A DNA stretch of 64,000 nucleotides, taken from contig OZ245873.1 in NCBI GenBank assembly GCA_965229325.1, forward strand, positions 914,716 through 978,715, given 5' to 3'. The notes beneath the pieces are model-generated. The model saw only the letters and a program-made list of their open reading frames with translations, was not told the DNA's origin and searched no databases. The translations under genes and the position numbers were made by a program. Source of the stretch: Kaistia sp. GTDB taxonomy: Bacteria > Pseudomonadota > Alphaproteobacteria > Rhizobiales > Kaistiaceae. Of the stretch, positions 1-10,053 are shown piece after piece (the stretch's first letter is position 1; each line of letters begins with the position of its first letter).

Positions 1-581
1 TTGTCGGGATCCATCCAGATGCGCATGGCATAGGGGCCGGCGCCGAAGACGTTGACATTGCCGACGCCGGGAATGCGCGCCAGCTCGTTCTGGATGTTGA
101 TGACGGCGTAGTTCGAGAGATACAGCCCGTCATGGCTCTTGTCGGGCGAGAACAGCGTGATGAACTGCAGGATCGCGGTCGACTTCTTCTGGACGTTGAC
201 GCCCTGGACCTGGACCGACTGCGGCAGCGAGGCGAGCGCGATCGAGACACGGTTCTGCACCAGCACCTGCGCCTGGTCCGGATCGGTGCCGATATCGAAG
301 GTCACGATCAGGTTGTAGGTGCCGTCGCTGGCGCTCGTCGACTGCATGTAGATCATGCCCTGGACGCCGTTGACCTGCTCCTCGATCGGCAGGGCGACGG
401 TGTCCATGATCGTGCGGGCGCTCGCGCCCGGATAGCTGGTCGAGACCTGGATCGTCGGCGGAACCACGTTCGGATATTGCGCGATCGGCAGCGTGTAGAG
501 CGCGACGGCGCCGAGCAGCACGATGACCAGCGCGAGAACGTTCGAAAGAACCGGCCGGTCGATGAAGAACTTGGAGATCAT
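1..581 (-). CDS. RND efflux permease (AcrB/HAE1 family), N-terminal part; runs off the window
   Basis: Manual translation from ATG at 581: MISKFFIDRPVLSNVLALVIVLLGAVALYTLPIAQYPNVVPPTIQVSTSYPGASA..., the typical AcrB-family N-terminus. Confidence 0.95.
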   Translation of the reverse strand, partial: MISKFFIDRPVLSNVLALVIVLLGAVALYTLPIAQYPNVVPPTIQVSTSYPGASARTIMDTVALPIEEQVNGVQGMIYMQSTSASDGTYNLIVTFDIGTDPDQAQVLVQNRVSIALASLPQSVQVQGVNVQKKSTAILQFITLFSPDKSHDGLYLSNYAVINIQNELARIPGVGNVNVFGAGPYAMRIWMDPD

Positions 582-630
582 GGAAGCCGCCTAGCCTGTG
601 GTCGCCGTTCGAACAGTGGGAGCAGAAACC

Positions 631-1956
631 TCAAGGCTTCGCCGGTGTCGCCGGCGCCGCATCGGCGGGAGCCGGCGCGGCATCCGTAGCGGCCGGCGCA
701 GGCGCTGCCGGGGCTGCCGGTGCTGCGGCGGCCGGTGCCGGTGCCGCGGCAGGGGGCTCGGGCGCGGCATTGGCCGGCGTGCCGTCCTGCGGCGTCGGCG
801 GGCTCATGCTGCCCTTCTGCGGATCGACCACATTGCCGGGCACGGCACGCTGGTTGCCGCCGACCAGAACCCAGTCGTCCTTGGTGATGCCCGATTCGAT
901 GACGCGCAGCTGGCCCTGCAACTGGCCCGTCTTGACGATGCGCTGCTCGACCTTGTTGTCGGCGCCGAGCACCAGCACATAGCTGCCGGCCTGGCTTGAG
1001 GCGATGGCGGTGTCGTTGACGAGGACCGCATCCGGCTGCGTCTGCAGCGGCACGCGCACCTTGGCGAAGAGGCCGGGCAGCAGCGCCGAGTTCTTGTTGT
1101 CGAACACGCCGCGCACGGTCAGCGTGCCGGTATTCTGGTCGATCTCGGGGGCGATGTAGTCGATCACGCCCTTGTAGGGGAAGCCGCTGTCGACCGAGAG
1201 GCCGATCTCGACCGGGATGTCGTGGACATCGCGCAGCGTGCGGCCGCGCTTGGTCAATTGTTCCTTGATCAGGAGCACCTGACGCTCGTTGACGCTGAAA
1301 TAGGTGTAGATCGGATCCATCTGGACGATCGAGGCGAGCTTGGTCGGGCCGCTATAGCCGACGAGCGCGCCGATATCCTGAAGGTGGTTGCTGACGATGC
1401 CGTCGAACGGCGCCTGGATCTCGGTGTAGCCGAGATTGATTGTGGCGACCTCGACATTGGCCTGCGCCTGCGCGGTGGCGGCGATTGCCTGGTCGAGCTG
1501 CGCCTTGGCGTCGTCGGCCTTGGCGACGGAGGTCACCTGCTGCTGCACCAGCGTGTTCTGGCGATTGAATTCGAGCTGCTTGTTTTCCTGCGCCGCCTGG
1601 GCCGAGGCGAGCTCGGCCTTGGCCTGATCGAGCTGCGCCTGGTAGGTGTCGCGCTGGATCGTGAACAGGACGTCGCCGGCCTTCACTTTCTGGCCGTCGA
1701 CATATTTGATGCCGGTCAGGAAGCCCTGCACGCGGGCCTCGAGGTCGACCTGATTGTAAGCCGACGTATTGCCGGTCACTTCCATGTAGAGCGTCACCGG
1801 CTGCTGCACCGGCTGGGCGATGGTCACCTTCTGCGGCGGCGGCGGAACGTACTGATTCTTCTCGTTGCAGGCGCCGAGGGCCAGCGCCGCCAGAGCGGTC
1901 GCGCCGAACAGACATCCCCGGACGACCCTGAGACTGCGACTATCGCGACCGTTCAT
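631..1956 (-). CDS. RND efflux periplasmic adaptor (MFP) subunit
   Basis: Lipoprotein-like signal (ALGAC), VDLEARVQG, coiled hairpin, INLGYTEIQAPFDG motif; directly upstream of the permease; Pro/Ala-rich tail. Confidence 0.93.
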   Translation of the reverse strand: MNGRDSRSLRVVRGCLFGATALAALALGACNEKNQYVPPPPQKVTIAQPVQQPVTLYMEVTGNTSAYNQVDLEARVQGFLTGIKYVDGQKVKAGDVLFTIQRDTYQAQLDQAKAELASAQAAQENKQLEFNRQNTLVQQQVTSVAKADDAKAQLDQAIAATAQAQANVEVATINLGYTEIQAPFDGIVSNHLQDIGALVGYSGPTKLASIVQMDPIYTYFSVNERQVLLIKEQLTKRGRTLRDVHDIPVEIGLSVDSGFPYKGVIDYIAPEIDQNTGTLTVRGVFDNKNSALLPGLFAKVRVPLQTQPDAVLVNDTAIASSQAGSYVLVLGADNKVEQRIVKTGQLQGQLRVIESGITKDDWVLVGGNQRAVPGNVVDPQKGSMSPPTPQDGTPANAAPEPPAAAPAPAAAAPAAPAAPAPAATDAAPAPADAAPATPAKP

Positions 1957-2197
1957 GCCAACCCCCAGAAGCGGCCCCTGCTGCGGGGCCAAGCCCATCA
2001 ACGGCGTCACGCCGCGACATCGATCATGCGAATCCGCCTGCGGATTCCGCAAGCGACAGAACCATATAGCCCGCCCATTGTTAAGGAGCGATGGCGAAGG
2101 GAAAAGGTCGAGACCCCACAGGCAAAAAGAAAAGGCCGCCGACCGGATGGTGGCGACCTCTCTTGGCGTCCGTGATGGGCGTCCGTGACCCGCGTCG

Positions 2198-2926
2198 TCA
2201 GAACGCGTTGGCGTGCAGGAGCGAGGCCGGGGTCAGCAGCAGGATCTTGACGTCGTAGAGCGGCGTCCACTTGCGGATATAGGCCCGGTCGCAGCGCAGA
2301 CGCATCTGGATCTTGTTCATCGCGTCGGTCGGTCCGCGATGGCCCTCGATCTGGGCGAGGCCCGTGAGGCCGGGGCGGACGAGATGGCGGTCGGCATAAT
2401 TCGGCAGGATGCGGCCGAACGTATCGTCCATCGGCACAGCATGCGGACGCGGGCCGACCAGAGACATGTCGCCGGTCAGCACATTGAAGAGCTGCGGCAG
2501 CTCGTCGAGGCTGGTGCGGCGCAGGAAGGCGCCGACCCGCGTGATGCGCGAGTCCCCCGCCGACACCTGCTTGAAGGCGCCGTGGGTTTCCATGACGCTC
2601 ATCGAGCGGAACTTATAGAGCGTGAAAATTTCGCGGCCGACGCCGTAGCGCTTCTGGCGGAAGAGCACGGGGCCCTTCGATTCCAGCTTGACCGCCAGCG
2701 CGATCATCAGGAGCGCCGGCATCAGGACAATGAGCAGTCCCGCTGCGCCGACGATATCCAGCGCCCTTTTGAAGCGCGAACTGTTGATGTCGGATGCCCG
2801 AGTCACCAAACGTGCGCTCGGTACGGAGACGTCGCCGACCTCGGCGGCATCGCTTCCTGCTGAACGGAACAAGCCGACATTCGACGCGTCAGATACAAGT
2901 GCTTGAGCAGATTCATCAAAAAACAT
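2198..2926 (-). CDS. Bacterial sugar transferase (WcaJ/ExoY-like priming glycosyltransferase)
   Basis: [62 protein letters not shown] motifs; start chosen at MFFDES after GGGGA RBS. Confidence 0.92.
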   Translation of the reverse strand: MFFDESAQALVSDASNVGLFRSAGSDAAEVGDVSVPSARLVTRASDINSSRFKRALDIVGAAGLLIVLMPALLMIALAVKLESKGPVLFRQKRYGVGREIFTLYKFRSMSVMETHGAFKQVSAGDSRITRVGAFLRRTSLDELPQLFNVLTGDMSLVGPRPHAVPMDDTFGRILPNYADRHLVRPGLTGLAQIEGHRGPTDAMNKIQMRLRCDRAYIRKWTPLYDVKILLLTPASLLHANAF

Positions 2927-3799
2927 CGGTAGTCCCCGCGGATCGCCCGACTTTTGCGCTGCACAATCGCTATCGCACAGCAACATTTCAGTCTTGTACC
3001 GGCTGTCCTCGCCGCCATCAAGATCATTCTTGCGGCGACGCAACATGGGAGGTGCCCACGATTCAGGCAAGAGAACGAGACCTCGACATCGCCGTCTTCA
3101 TCTCGCGCACCTGCCCGTTCACTGCAGACTGCACCACCGACATGACGCTTTTGAGGCACAAGCCCCCAAGCCTCCCGGCAAGAAGCCGCCCCCTCCCCCT
3201 AAGAGAAGACGTCTCCCAAGCCTGCGCCCGGCGGCCGATGGCCAAACCCGGACGTGTCGCGCTGCATATCAGCCTTAAACCGTGCTCCCCACCACCGTTG
3301 CCGCGCACGAGCCCCCTGCTCCGGACTCGATTGCATACAACACTCCAGTTTTCTCAGGCTTCCGGTCCATTTGCAAGCGTATCCTTCGCCGGCGACGGAC
3401 CCCCGTTCGGGCACTCGCGATTCGCGCGACCAACCCCCGATCGCGCAGCCGCTAGGTTGCAGATATCGGGCAGATCTCCGGCATGGCGGCATCTTTCGCC
3501 GGCGTGTCATTGTTCTGTAGAAGTACTGTCATATTGCAGCGCGACATTTTCGCAACGACATGGAACCACAGGCCCATCTGAGGCAATTGTGACGTTCTCT
3601 TCACATGCCATCGTGGAACCGCCCGGCTAGGTTCGCTTCAACCCGGCGCGAGGGGTCGCGGCGGGCGGCGGTTGCTTCACTCAGCCGGTCTATACATCAA
3701 TCGGGGGCACCTGACCGACAGTAGAACTGCCGTGGCGCGAAGAAGCGCCGTGGCGTTTTGCTTTCGCGTCTTCGTCCTTCCTCAACGCGAGGTCAGACA

Positions 3800-5077
3800 A
3801 TGAATTTCAAGAACCTGCTTCTTGGCACCGCTGCGGCGATCTTCGCTTGCGGCGCCGCCGAAGCTGCCGACCTGACGGTCGCCGAGCCGGTCGACTACGT
3901 GAAGGTCTGCGACGCTTTCGGCAAGGGCTTCTTCTACTCGCCCGGCACCGACACCTGCATCAAGGTCGGCGGCTACGTGAAGTTCGGCACCTCGTTCGGT
4001 GACACCGACTTCGGTATCTACAACAAGATCTATCCGAACAGCCAGTGGTCGAACTTCTACACCGAAGCTTCGGTGCAGCTGACCGCCTCCTCGGTCACCG
4101 AGTTCGGCAACCTGACCGGCTTCCTCGACTTCCGCGCCCAGACCGGCAACACCGGTTCGTTCACGCAGTCGGCGTCGCAGACCGTCAACTCGGCCACCAA
4201 TTCGGCCTATGTCGACAGCGCCTATCTGTCGCTCGGCCCGGTCAAGGCCGGCCGCTTCGACTCGCTCTATGATTTCGGCCAGGGCTACACCGATACCGGC
4301 AGCTTCGCGTCCGACACCAAGACCGACCACATCCAGCTGACCTATGCCGTCAACGGCTTCGGTCTCTCGGTCTCGGTCGAAGACCAGCGTGACCGCGGCG
4401 CCGCCGGCAACACCGGCGATGCCGTTGCGAGCGGCTCGAACTACTACCAGGGCGGCCAGACCAATATTCCGGACTTCGTCGGCGCCGTGACCTATGCCTC
4501 GGGCATCTTCTCGACGAAGATCGCCGCGGCCTATGTCAACAACGCGGTCGATATCAATGGCGGCGCGGGCACCCTGCTCAACCCCTACGAGATCAACGCC
4601 AAGAGCGGCTACGCCATCGGCGGCAGCGTCGAGTTCGCGCTCGACAGCTTCTCGGCCGGCGACAAGTTCTTCGTCACCGGTTCGTATGGCGACAACGCCA
4701 ACTCCTACACCGGCATCGCCGGCGGCACTTCGGTCGCCAACCTGACCGGCACGGTCGACGGCAGCTTCATCGCCGCCGCCGCTCCCGGCTCCAGCTGGTC
4801 GGCCCTCGCGTCGTACAAGCATGTCTGGACCCCCTCGGTCTGGTCGGCGGTCACCGGCGGCTACGCGTCGTATGATGGCGATGGCTACTTCGACAACTTC
4901 ACCGTCGACGCCTACCGCTTCGTCGGTTCGACCGGCTGGACCCCCGTCAAGGGCCTCGACCTGATGCTCGACGGCCAGTACTCGCATGTCGACCTCAGCG
5001 ACGGCGCCGGCCCATCCAAGTCCGAGAAGGACGGCGACGCCTGGACCGTCAATCTCTGGATGAAGCGCTCCTGGTAA
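3800..5077 (+). CDS. Alphaproteobacterial porin (Omp2b/RopA-like)
   Basis: Signal peptide + ADL..AEPVDYVKVCDAFGKGFFYSPGTDTCIKVGGYV signature; C-terminal aromatic residue (W). Confidence 0.93.
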   Translation: MNFKNLLLGTAAAIFACGAAEAADLTVAEPVDYVKVCDAFGKGFFYSPGTDTCIKVGGYVKFGTSFGDTDFGIYNKIYPNSQWSNFYTEASVQLTASSVTEFGNLTGFLDFRAQTGNTGSFTQSASQTVNSATNSAYVDSAYLSLGPVKAGRFDSLYDFGQGYTDTGSFASDTKTDHIQLTYAVNGFGLSVSVEDQRDRGAAGNTGDAVASGSNYYQGGQTNIPDFVGAVTYASGIFSTKIAAAYVNNAVDINGGAGTLLNPYEINAKSGYAIGGSVEFALDSFSAGDKFFVTGSYGDNANSYTGIAGGTSVANLTGTVDGSFIAAAAPGSSWSALASYKHVWTPSVWSAVTGGYASYDGDGYFDNFTVDAYRFVGSTGWTPVKGLDLMLDGQYSHVDLSDGAGPSKSEKDGDAWTVNLWMKRSW

Positions 5078-5086
5078 GCCTTCCGG

Positions 5087-5106
5087 AGCCCGGCTTTCGC
5101 CGGGCT
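5087..5106 (+). terminator. Hairpin after porin, likely intrinsic terminator
   Basis: AGCCCGGC-TTTC-GCCGGGCT perfect 8-bp stem 10 nt after the stop; U-tract weak. Confidence 0.55.
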
Positions 5107-5185
5107 TCCTCGATCAATTCGGCCGGCGTCGCGATCCAGCGGCGCCGGCCGTTCGTTTCTTGAGGGCAACCCAGCGAGGACAACC

Positions 5186-5602
5186 ATGCTGAACGCCCTC
5201 ACCTATGTCGTCACTCTCGTCATATTCGCCGCCATCGACAGCGTCTGGCTCGGCAGCATGGCGGCCCGGATCTACCGGCCTCTCCTCGGCGATATCCTGC
5301 TCGACGGCTTCAGGCCCGCGCCGGCGATCGTCTTCTATCTCTTCTACGGCGTCGGTCTCGTCATCTTCGCCGTAATGCCGGGCGTCAAGAGCGGCAATGC
5401 CGGCACCGCCCTGCTCTGGGGCGCGCTGTTCGGCCTGTTCGCCTACGGCACCTACGATCTCACCAACTACGCCACGCTGCGCAACTGGGGCCTCGCGATC
5501 ACCGCGATCGACATGACCTGGGGCACGGTTCTCAGCGGCGTCACCGCCTATCTGGCAACGCTGGTGACGAGCTGGCTCGGCAAGCAGTTCGGCCTGCTCT
5601 GA
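5186..5602 (+). CDS. DUF2177 family membrane protein
   Basis: IDSVWLG..A..Y..LLG, GALFGLFAYGTYDLTNYATLRNW, DMTWG pattern; GAGGA RBS. Confidence 0.85.
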   Translation: MLNALTYVVTLVIFAAIDSVWLGSMAARIYRPLLGDILLDGFRPAPAIVFYLFYGVGLVIFAVMPGVKSGNAGTALLWGALFGLFAYGTYDLTNYATLRNWGLAITAIDMTWGTVLSGVTAYLATLVTSWLGKQFGLL

Positions 5603-5665
5603 TCCGCTCCGGTGCACGAACACCCCTCACCCCGGCGCTGGCCGCCGGGGTGGGGCGAGGCCCGG

Positions 5666-6475
5666 TCAGCGCCGCGGCGGCCGCGGGAAGAAGGCCGGGA
5701 CGCGGGCGCTGTAGCGGGCGAAGGCTTCCGGCCGGCTGCGCTGCATATGCGCCTCGAGCGGCGGAATGCCGGAAACGTGCACGAGCAGCCAGTACATGAA
5801 GGCCGGGCCGGTCAGCGCGACGAAGCCGAGCGGATGGCCGCCCGAAAGATCGATGGCGAAGAGCGGATAGGCCACCCAGCCGAGCCATTCGAAGAAATAG
5901 TTCGGATGGCGCGACCAGGCCCAGAGCCCGTCCTCGCAAATCTCGCCGCGGACCTCGCGCGGCTTCTCGCGGAAGCGCTGCAACTGGCGATCCGCCGTTC
6001 CGGCGCCGACGATCGCTGCGATGATGAGGACCACGGCGATCCCATCCTGAAGCCCGAGGCCCGGCCGCGGATTCTGCGCCGCGGCGATGACCGACAGGCA
6101 CAGGAACCAGCCCGCCGCCGCCTGGATCATCAGGAACACGAACAGGCGGCGCTGGAAATCCGCGCCCCATTCGGTGCGGAAGGCCGCATAGCGCGCATCC
6201 TCGGGCGCCCCGCGCGAGCGCGCCGCGATATGGCTGCCGAGACGCAGCGACCAGAGGCCGACGGCGAGCGCCACGAGCAGCTGGCGGCCGGTCGGCCAGC
6301 CCTCGCCCATCACGGGCACCAGCGCAACCACGACGCCGGCCGCGCCGGTGCCGAACGACCAGAAGGCATCCGACCAGCCGGCATTGCCGGTCGCTCTCTG
6401 CGTCGCCCACGCCGCCGCCATGACGGCGACGAGCAGCAGCGCGGCGGCGGCAAGGCCGACCACGACCCCGGTCAT
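5666..6475 (-). CDS. DUF1295 family (steroid 5-alpha-reductase-like) membrane protein
   Basis: GNAGWSDAFWS, EDARY, GLWAWSRHPNYFFEWLGW, SGIPPLE motifs. Confidence 0.88.
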   Translation of the reverse strand: MTGVVVGLAAAALLLVAVMAAAWATQRATGNAGWSDAFWSFGTGAAGVVVALVPVMGEGWPTGRQLLVALAVGLWSLRLGSHIAARSRGAPEDARYAAFRTEWGADFQRRLFVFLMIQAAAGWFLCLSVIAAAQNPRPGLGLQDGIAVVLIIAAIVGAGTADRQLQRFREKPREVRGEICEDGLWAWSRHPNYFFEWLGWVAYPLFAIDLSGGHPLGFVALTGPAFMYWLLVHVSGIPPLEAHMQRSRPEAFARYSARVPAFFPRPPRR

Positions 6476-6704
6476 CGGCTCACTCCACGGGCAGGCTTTG
6501 TCATGACGGCAGGTCCATCCAGGCTGGAGAGCGCGCCGACGAAGCGGCGCCTCGCCACCAGATAGCGGCCGGCGCCGGCATTGAAAGTGGCGGGTTGGAC
6601 CTCGCGTTGATCCGCGCGACGTTTCGCTGTCCGCGACCCGCACCCGGCATCGGCTGGCGAAGTGGCCCCTCTTCTGCCACTACTCACCGCATCACCATGA
6701 GGGA

Positions 6705-6965
6705 ATGCCAACCATGCCGATCGACAGGCCGCGCCGCCCGCAGGATCCGTTCGCAGCCGCCGAGGCGATGTTCGCCAAGAAGCGCCAGCCGGATCCGAAG
6801 TCGCCGTCCTCGCTGCCGGCGGCGAAGGAACTCGTGTCGCTGCGAATCGATCGCGACGTCGTCGAGCATTTCCAGGCCGCCGGTCCCGGCTGGCAGGAGC
6901 GCATGAACGACGCCTTGCGCGCCGCCGCGATCGCCGACGGCCTAGCGCCGAGCGAGCCCGTCTAG
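6705..6965 (+). CDS. BrnA-family antitoxin (orphan)
   Basis: KELVSLRIDRDVVEHFQAAGPGWQERMNDALR ribbon-helix-helix signature; no BrnT neighbour. Confidence 0.8.
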   Translation: MPTMPIDRPRRPQDPFAAAEAMFAKKRQPDPKSPSSLPAAKELVSLRIDRDVVEHFQAAGPGWQERMNDALRAAAIADGLAPSEPV

Positions 6966-6972
6966 CGGACGA

Positions 6973-7221
6973 TCAGGCGCCGAGGCCGAGCGAATAGGCC
7001 GCCAGCGGACCGAGCGTGATGATGGCCGCCCCAACGAAGGCGGCGATATCCTTGCCGTCGACCATCGGCGCATTCAGAACACTGGCCGGAAAGAGCCCGT
7101 TGCGGCGGGTGGCCGGAGAGTGTTCCGCGTCAGGGCGAAGCACGTTGCGGGCGTCGGCGCCAGAAAAAGCGGCTTCGCTCAGAATGCGGTCTTCGGGGCG
7201 AGTCACGACATCACTCATCAT
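6973..7221 (-). CDS. Small hypothetical protein with C-terminal TM helix
   Basis: 82-aa ORF with GGAGA RBS; hydrophobic C-terminus IAAFVGAAIITLGPLAAYSLGLG. Confidence 0.5.
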   Translation of the reverse strand: MMSDVVTRPEDRILSEAAFSGADARNVLRPDAEHSPATRRNGLFPASVLNAPMVDGKDIAAFVGAAIITLGPLAAYSLGLGA

Positions 7222-7458
7222 TTCTCTCCATTGCTGTCATTGCTGCAGACTCAACGGGAGATCCACTGACGGGTTCCCCGACATGTCGATCGATCCCGGC
7301 GCCCGGCCTCCGCGATCTCAGCGGAGATTGCAGGCGAGCGGCGACGACAAAGGCTCACGCTTTCACACGAATGAATGATGGAGAGCCCAACATCGGCTCT
7401 TCCCGTCCGACGATCCGCCGGCCAATCTGGCCGGCACCACGCAACCGCGGAGATGACA

Positions 7459-8337
7459 ATGGCGGAGTCCAACGACTACGTTCCCCCGAAGGTCTGGACC
7501 TGGGAAAAGCCCAGCGGCGGCGCCTTCGCCAATATCAACCGGCCGATCGCCGGCCCGACGCACGACAAGGAGCTGCCGGTCGGCCGCCATCCGCTGCAGC
7601 TCTATTCGCTGGCGACGCCGAACGGCCAGAAGGTGACCATCCTTCTCGAGGAGCTGCTGGCGCTCGGCCATTCCGGCGCCGAATATGATGCCTGGCTGAT
7701 CAGGATCAACGAGGGCGACCAGTTCGGCAGCGGCTTCGTCGCCGTGAACCCCAATTCCAAGATCCCGGCCCTCATGGACCGGTCCGGCCCGACGCCGATC
7801 CGCATTTTCGAATCGGGCGCGATCCTCGTTTATCTCGCCGAGAAGTTCGGCGCCTTCCTGCCGGTGGAGCAGCCGGCGCGGGCGGAGTGCCTCTCCTGGC
7901 TGTTCTGGCAGATGGGCAGCGCGCCCTATCTCGGCGGCGGCTTCGGCCATTTCTACGCCTATGCCCCGGTGAAGATCGAATATGCCATCAACCGCTTCGC
8001 CATGGAGGTGAAGCGCGAGCTCGACGTGCTCGACCGGCGGCTCGCCGAGAGCGAATTCCTCGCCGGCCCCGACTACACGATCGCTGACATGGCCGTGCTG
8101 CCCTGGTATGGCGCGCTCGCCAAGGGCTGGCAGTATGGCGCCGGCGAATTCCTGTCGGTGCACGAATACAAGAACGTGCTGCGCTGGGCGGATGCACTGT
8201 TCGCAAGGCCCACCGTGAAGCGCGGCCGCATGGTCAACCGCGCCTTCGGCGAGCCGGCGGAGCAACTGCACGAGCGCCACGACGCGAGCGATTTCGAGAC
8301 GCAGACGGAAGACAAGAAGGCCGCCGCGAAGGGCTGA
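7459..8337 (+). CDS. yghU: Glutathione-dependent disulfide-bond oxidoreductase (YghU-like GST)
   Basis: YVPPKVWTW..GGAFANINRPIAGPTHDKELPVGRHPLQLYSLATPNGQKV; NPNSKIPAL; WLFWQMGSAPYLGGGFGHF. Confidence 0.93.
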   Translation: MAESNDYVPPKVWTWEKPSGGAFANINRPIAGPTHDKELPVGRHPLQLYSLATPNGQKVTILLEELLALGHSGAEYDAWLIRINEGDQFGSGFVAVNPNSKIPALMDRSGPTPIRIFESGAILVYLAEKFGAFLPVEQPARAECLSWLFWQMGSAPYLGGGFGHFYAYAPVKIEYAINRFAMEVKRELDVLDRRLAESEFLAGPDYTIADMAVLPWYGALAKGWQYGAGEFLSVHEYKNVLRWADALFARPTVKRGRMVNRAFGEPAEQLHERHDASDFETQTEDKKAAAKG

Positions 8338-8465
8338 CCCGCCACCGCCATCGAGGACGCCCGGCGCGATGCCGGGCGCCCAAGCCACCTCCGTCGCCCG
8401 GCCAGCGACAAGGCGCCCGCCCGGGCGCGAGATGCGTGAGGCTTGAGCAGCCCCTCGCGATCGCG

Positions 8466-8948
8466 TCAGGAAATGGCGACAATCTCGAGCTGGCGTGGGC
8501 CGAGCTGAACGACGTCACCGACCGATTTCCCCATCAAGGCGAGCGCGACCGGCGAGCCATGCGAGATCGAGGCGCGGGCCGGATCGGCCTCGTCCTCGCC
8601 GACGATGCGGAAGGTCTGGGTGCGGCCGTCGTCGCGCTCGAAGGTCACGGTGTGGCCGAACGCGACGACGTCGGTGGACACCGGGACGGGCGAAACGCGC
8701 GCCGTGCGAAGGCGTTCGGCGAAATAGTTCATGTCGCGCAACGGCACCGCGGACTGTCGCCGCCGCTCGTTGGCATCATCGAGCGCGCTGGCCGCCTCGA
8801 GCGCCTGCTTGGCGCGGGCGAACTCCTCGCGCAGCCGCTCCAGCCCCGCCTCGGTGACCAGATTGATCCGATCCGAGATCGCGCGCGCCGGCAGCACGGT
8901 CTCCGCCGCCGCCTCGGCACTCTCCTCCCTGACAAACGCGACGCTCAC
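8466..8948 (-). CDS. GreA/GreB-family elongation factor-like protein
   Basis: GTG start with AGGAGA RBS (MSVAFVREE); NLVTEAGLERL, VAFGHTVTFERDDGRTQTFRIVGEDEADP..SISHGSPVALALMGK. Confidence 0.85.
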   Translation of the reverse strand: MSVAFVREESAEAAAETVLPARAISDRINLVTEAGLERLREEFARAKQALEAASALDDANERRRQSAVPLRDMNYFAERLRTARVSPVPVSTDVVAFGHTVTFERDDGRTQTFRIVGEDEADPARASISHGSPVALALMGKSVGDVVQLGPRQLEIVAIS

Positions 8949-9070
8949 GACACTTCTCCTGCTCGACTGATCCCGACCGACAACGCGCAAGCAGCACGAA
9001 GGCTGCGGGGGGCGGCGACGAACCGCCAGCCGACCGTCACCGCGCCGGGTGGCTGGTTTCCCATCAGTAG

Positions 9071-9208
9071 GACCGCGATGTCGCCGCTTGACAGCTTCCG
9101 CCAACAGACGAAGCGATGCTCGTAGCGGAAGAGGAACCCATCGACGCCGAACTCGGCCGGAACAAGCTTAGAGGTAACGCCCTGCGAGATGATCCGGTCA
9201 AAGGCGGC
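9071..9208 (-). pseudogene. RelE/ParE toxin fragment
   Basis: AAFDRIISQGVTSKLVPAEFGVDGFLFRYEHRFVCWRKLSSGDIAV resembles the C-terminal half of alphaproteobacterial ParE toxins (from memory); no proper N-terminus, no antitoxin. Confidence 0.6.
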
Positions 9209-9281
9209 GGGTGCGAGACATGAGTTTGGCTCCTGCGCCAAAGGCGTATTCAAGATCACCGAAATTGAACACGGTGCGACC

Positions 9282-9399
9282 TTGCCCACGTACCCGATTA
9301 TGCTGCACCGCATCACGCTTGAACTCGTCGTAGTTGCTCGTCCCCATCGCGGCCTCCTTGCCTCAAAGGTTGGGGGCGAAGCGGATGGGCGCCACCACA
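9282..9399 (-). mobile_element. IS3-family left-end / OrfA stub
   Basis: TG-starting end, AAGGAGG RBS, then MGTSNYDEFKRDAVQHNRVRG at 9347, resembling IS3 OrfA starts (xxFKRDAV..I..RG); similarity lost after about 21 codons. Confidence 0.6.
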
Positions 9400-9490
9400 G
9401 TCGGGCTTGCCGCGATCCATCTGTCGCTGCTGTCTCGTCCTCGTGAAGTTGCCGGGCTGATCCTGCCGGCCGCGGGGCGCGCCTGATCGC

Positions 9491-9934
9491 CTAGGAGCCG
9501 GTCCGCTGCTCCTCGAGCGCTTCGATACGCGCCAGGCTGTCTGCGACCGTCACCGACGCGAGTTGATCCATCACAACCCGATCGACGCCGGAGCTCACCT
9601 CACCGAAGAAGTTGGTGATGTTCCGGCTCACAATGCAGACGTTTGGCACGTCGGACCGGCCGGTGAACAACGATTTATCGTCGGTGACGGAGAGATACAC
9701 GTCCTTGAGCGTGATCGCGTCGGGTGAGCGGCCGAGCCTCAAGCCGCCGTTCTTCCCCGTCGAGGAGATGATGATCCCGTCGGCGACGAGCGGCACCGCC
9801 AGCTTTCGAACCAGCACCGGATTTGCGCCGAGCCCCGAGGCAAGCGCGGCGCTCGTGCAGCGTTCGCCCTTTCTCTCGGCGACCGCGAGCGAGAGCACCA
9901 TCTGGATCGCAGTTGGGAACCGGACATCGATCAT
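9491..9934 (-). CDS. Rrf2-family transcriptional regulator
   Basis: RFPTAIQMVLSLA, TSAALASGLGANPVLVRKL, GKNGGLRLGRSPDAITLKDVY winged helix. Confidence 0.88.
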   Translation of the reverse strand: MIDVRFPTAIQMVLSLAVAERKGERCTSAALASGLGANPVLVRKLAVPLVADGIIISSTGKNGGLRLGRSPDAITLKDVYLSVTDDKSLFTGRSDVPNVCIVSRNITNFFGEVSSGVDRVVMDQLASVTVADSLARIEALEEQRTGS

Positions 9935-10053
9935 CTATCGGCTCGCGGCGTCGTCATACTGCAATAGTGACCCTTGCAATATCGCATTTTAAGTGTAGCA
10001 ATCATAAGAACATTATGCGGCCATGCCGCGATTTTCGCAAGGGTGACAGGACC

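Noticed and set aside
3070-3790. ORFs and possible sRNA between the sugar transferase and the porin
   Set aside because: Short shadow ORFs without motifs; no recognisable RNA structure; probably promoter regions
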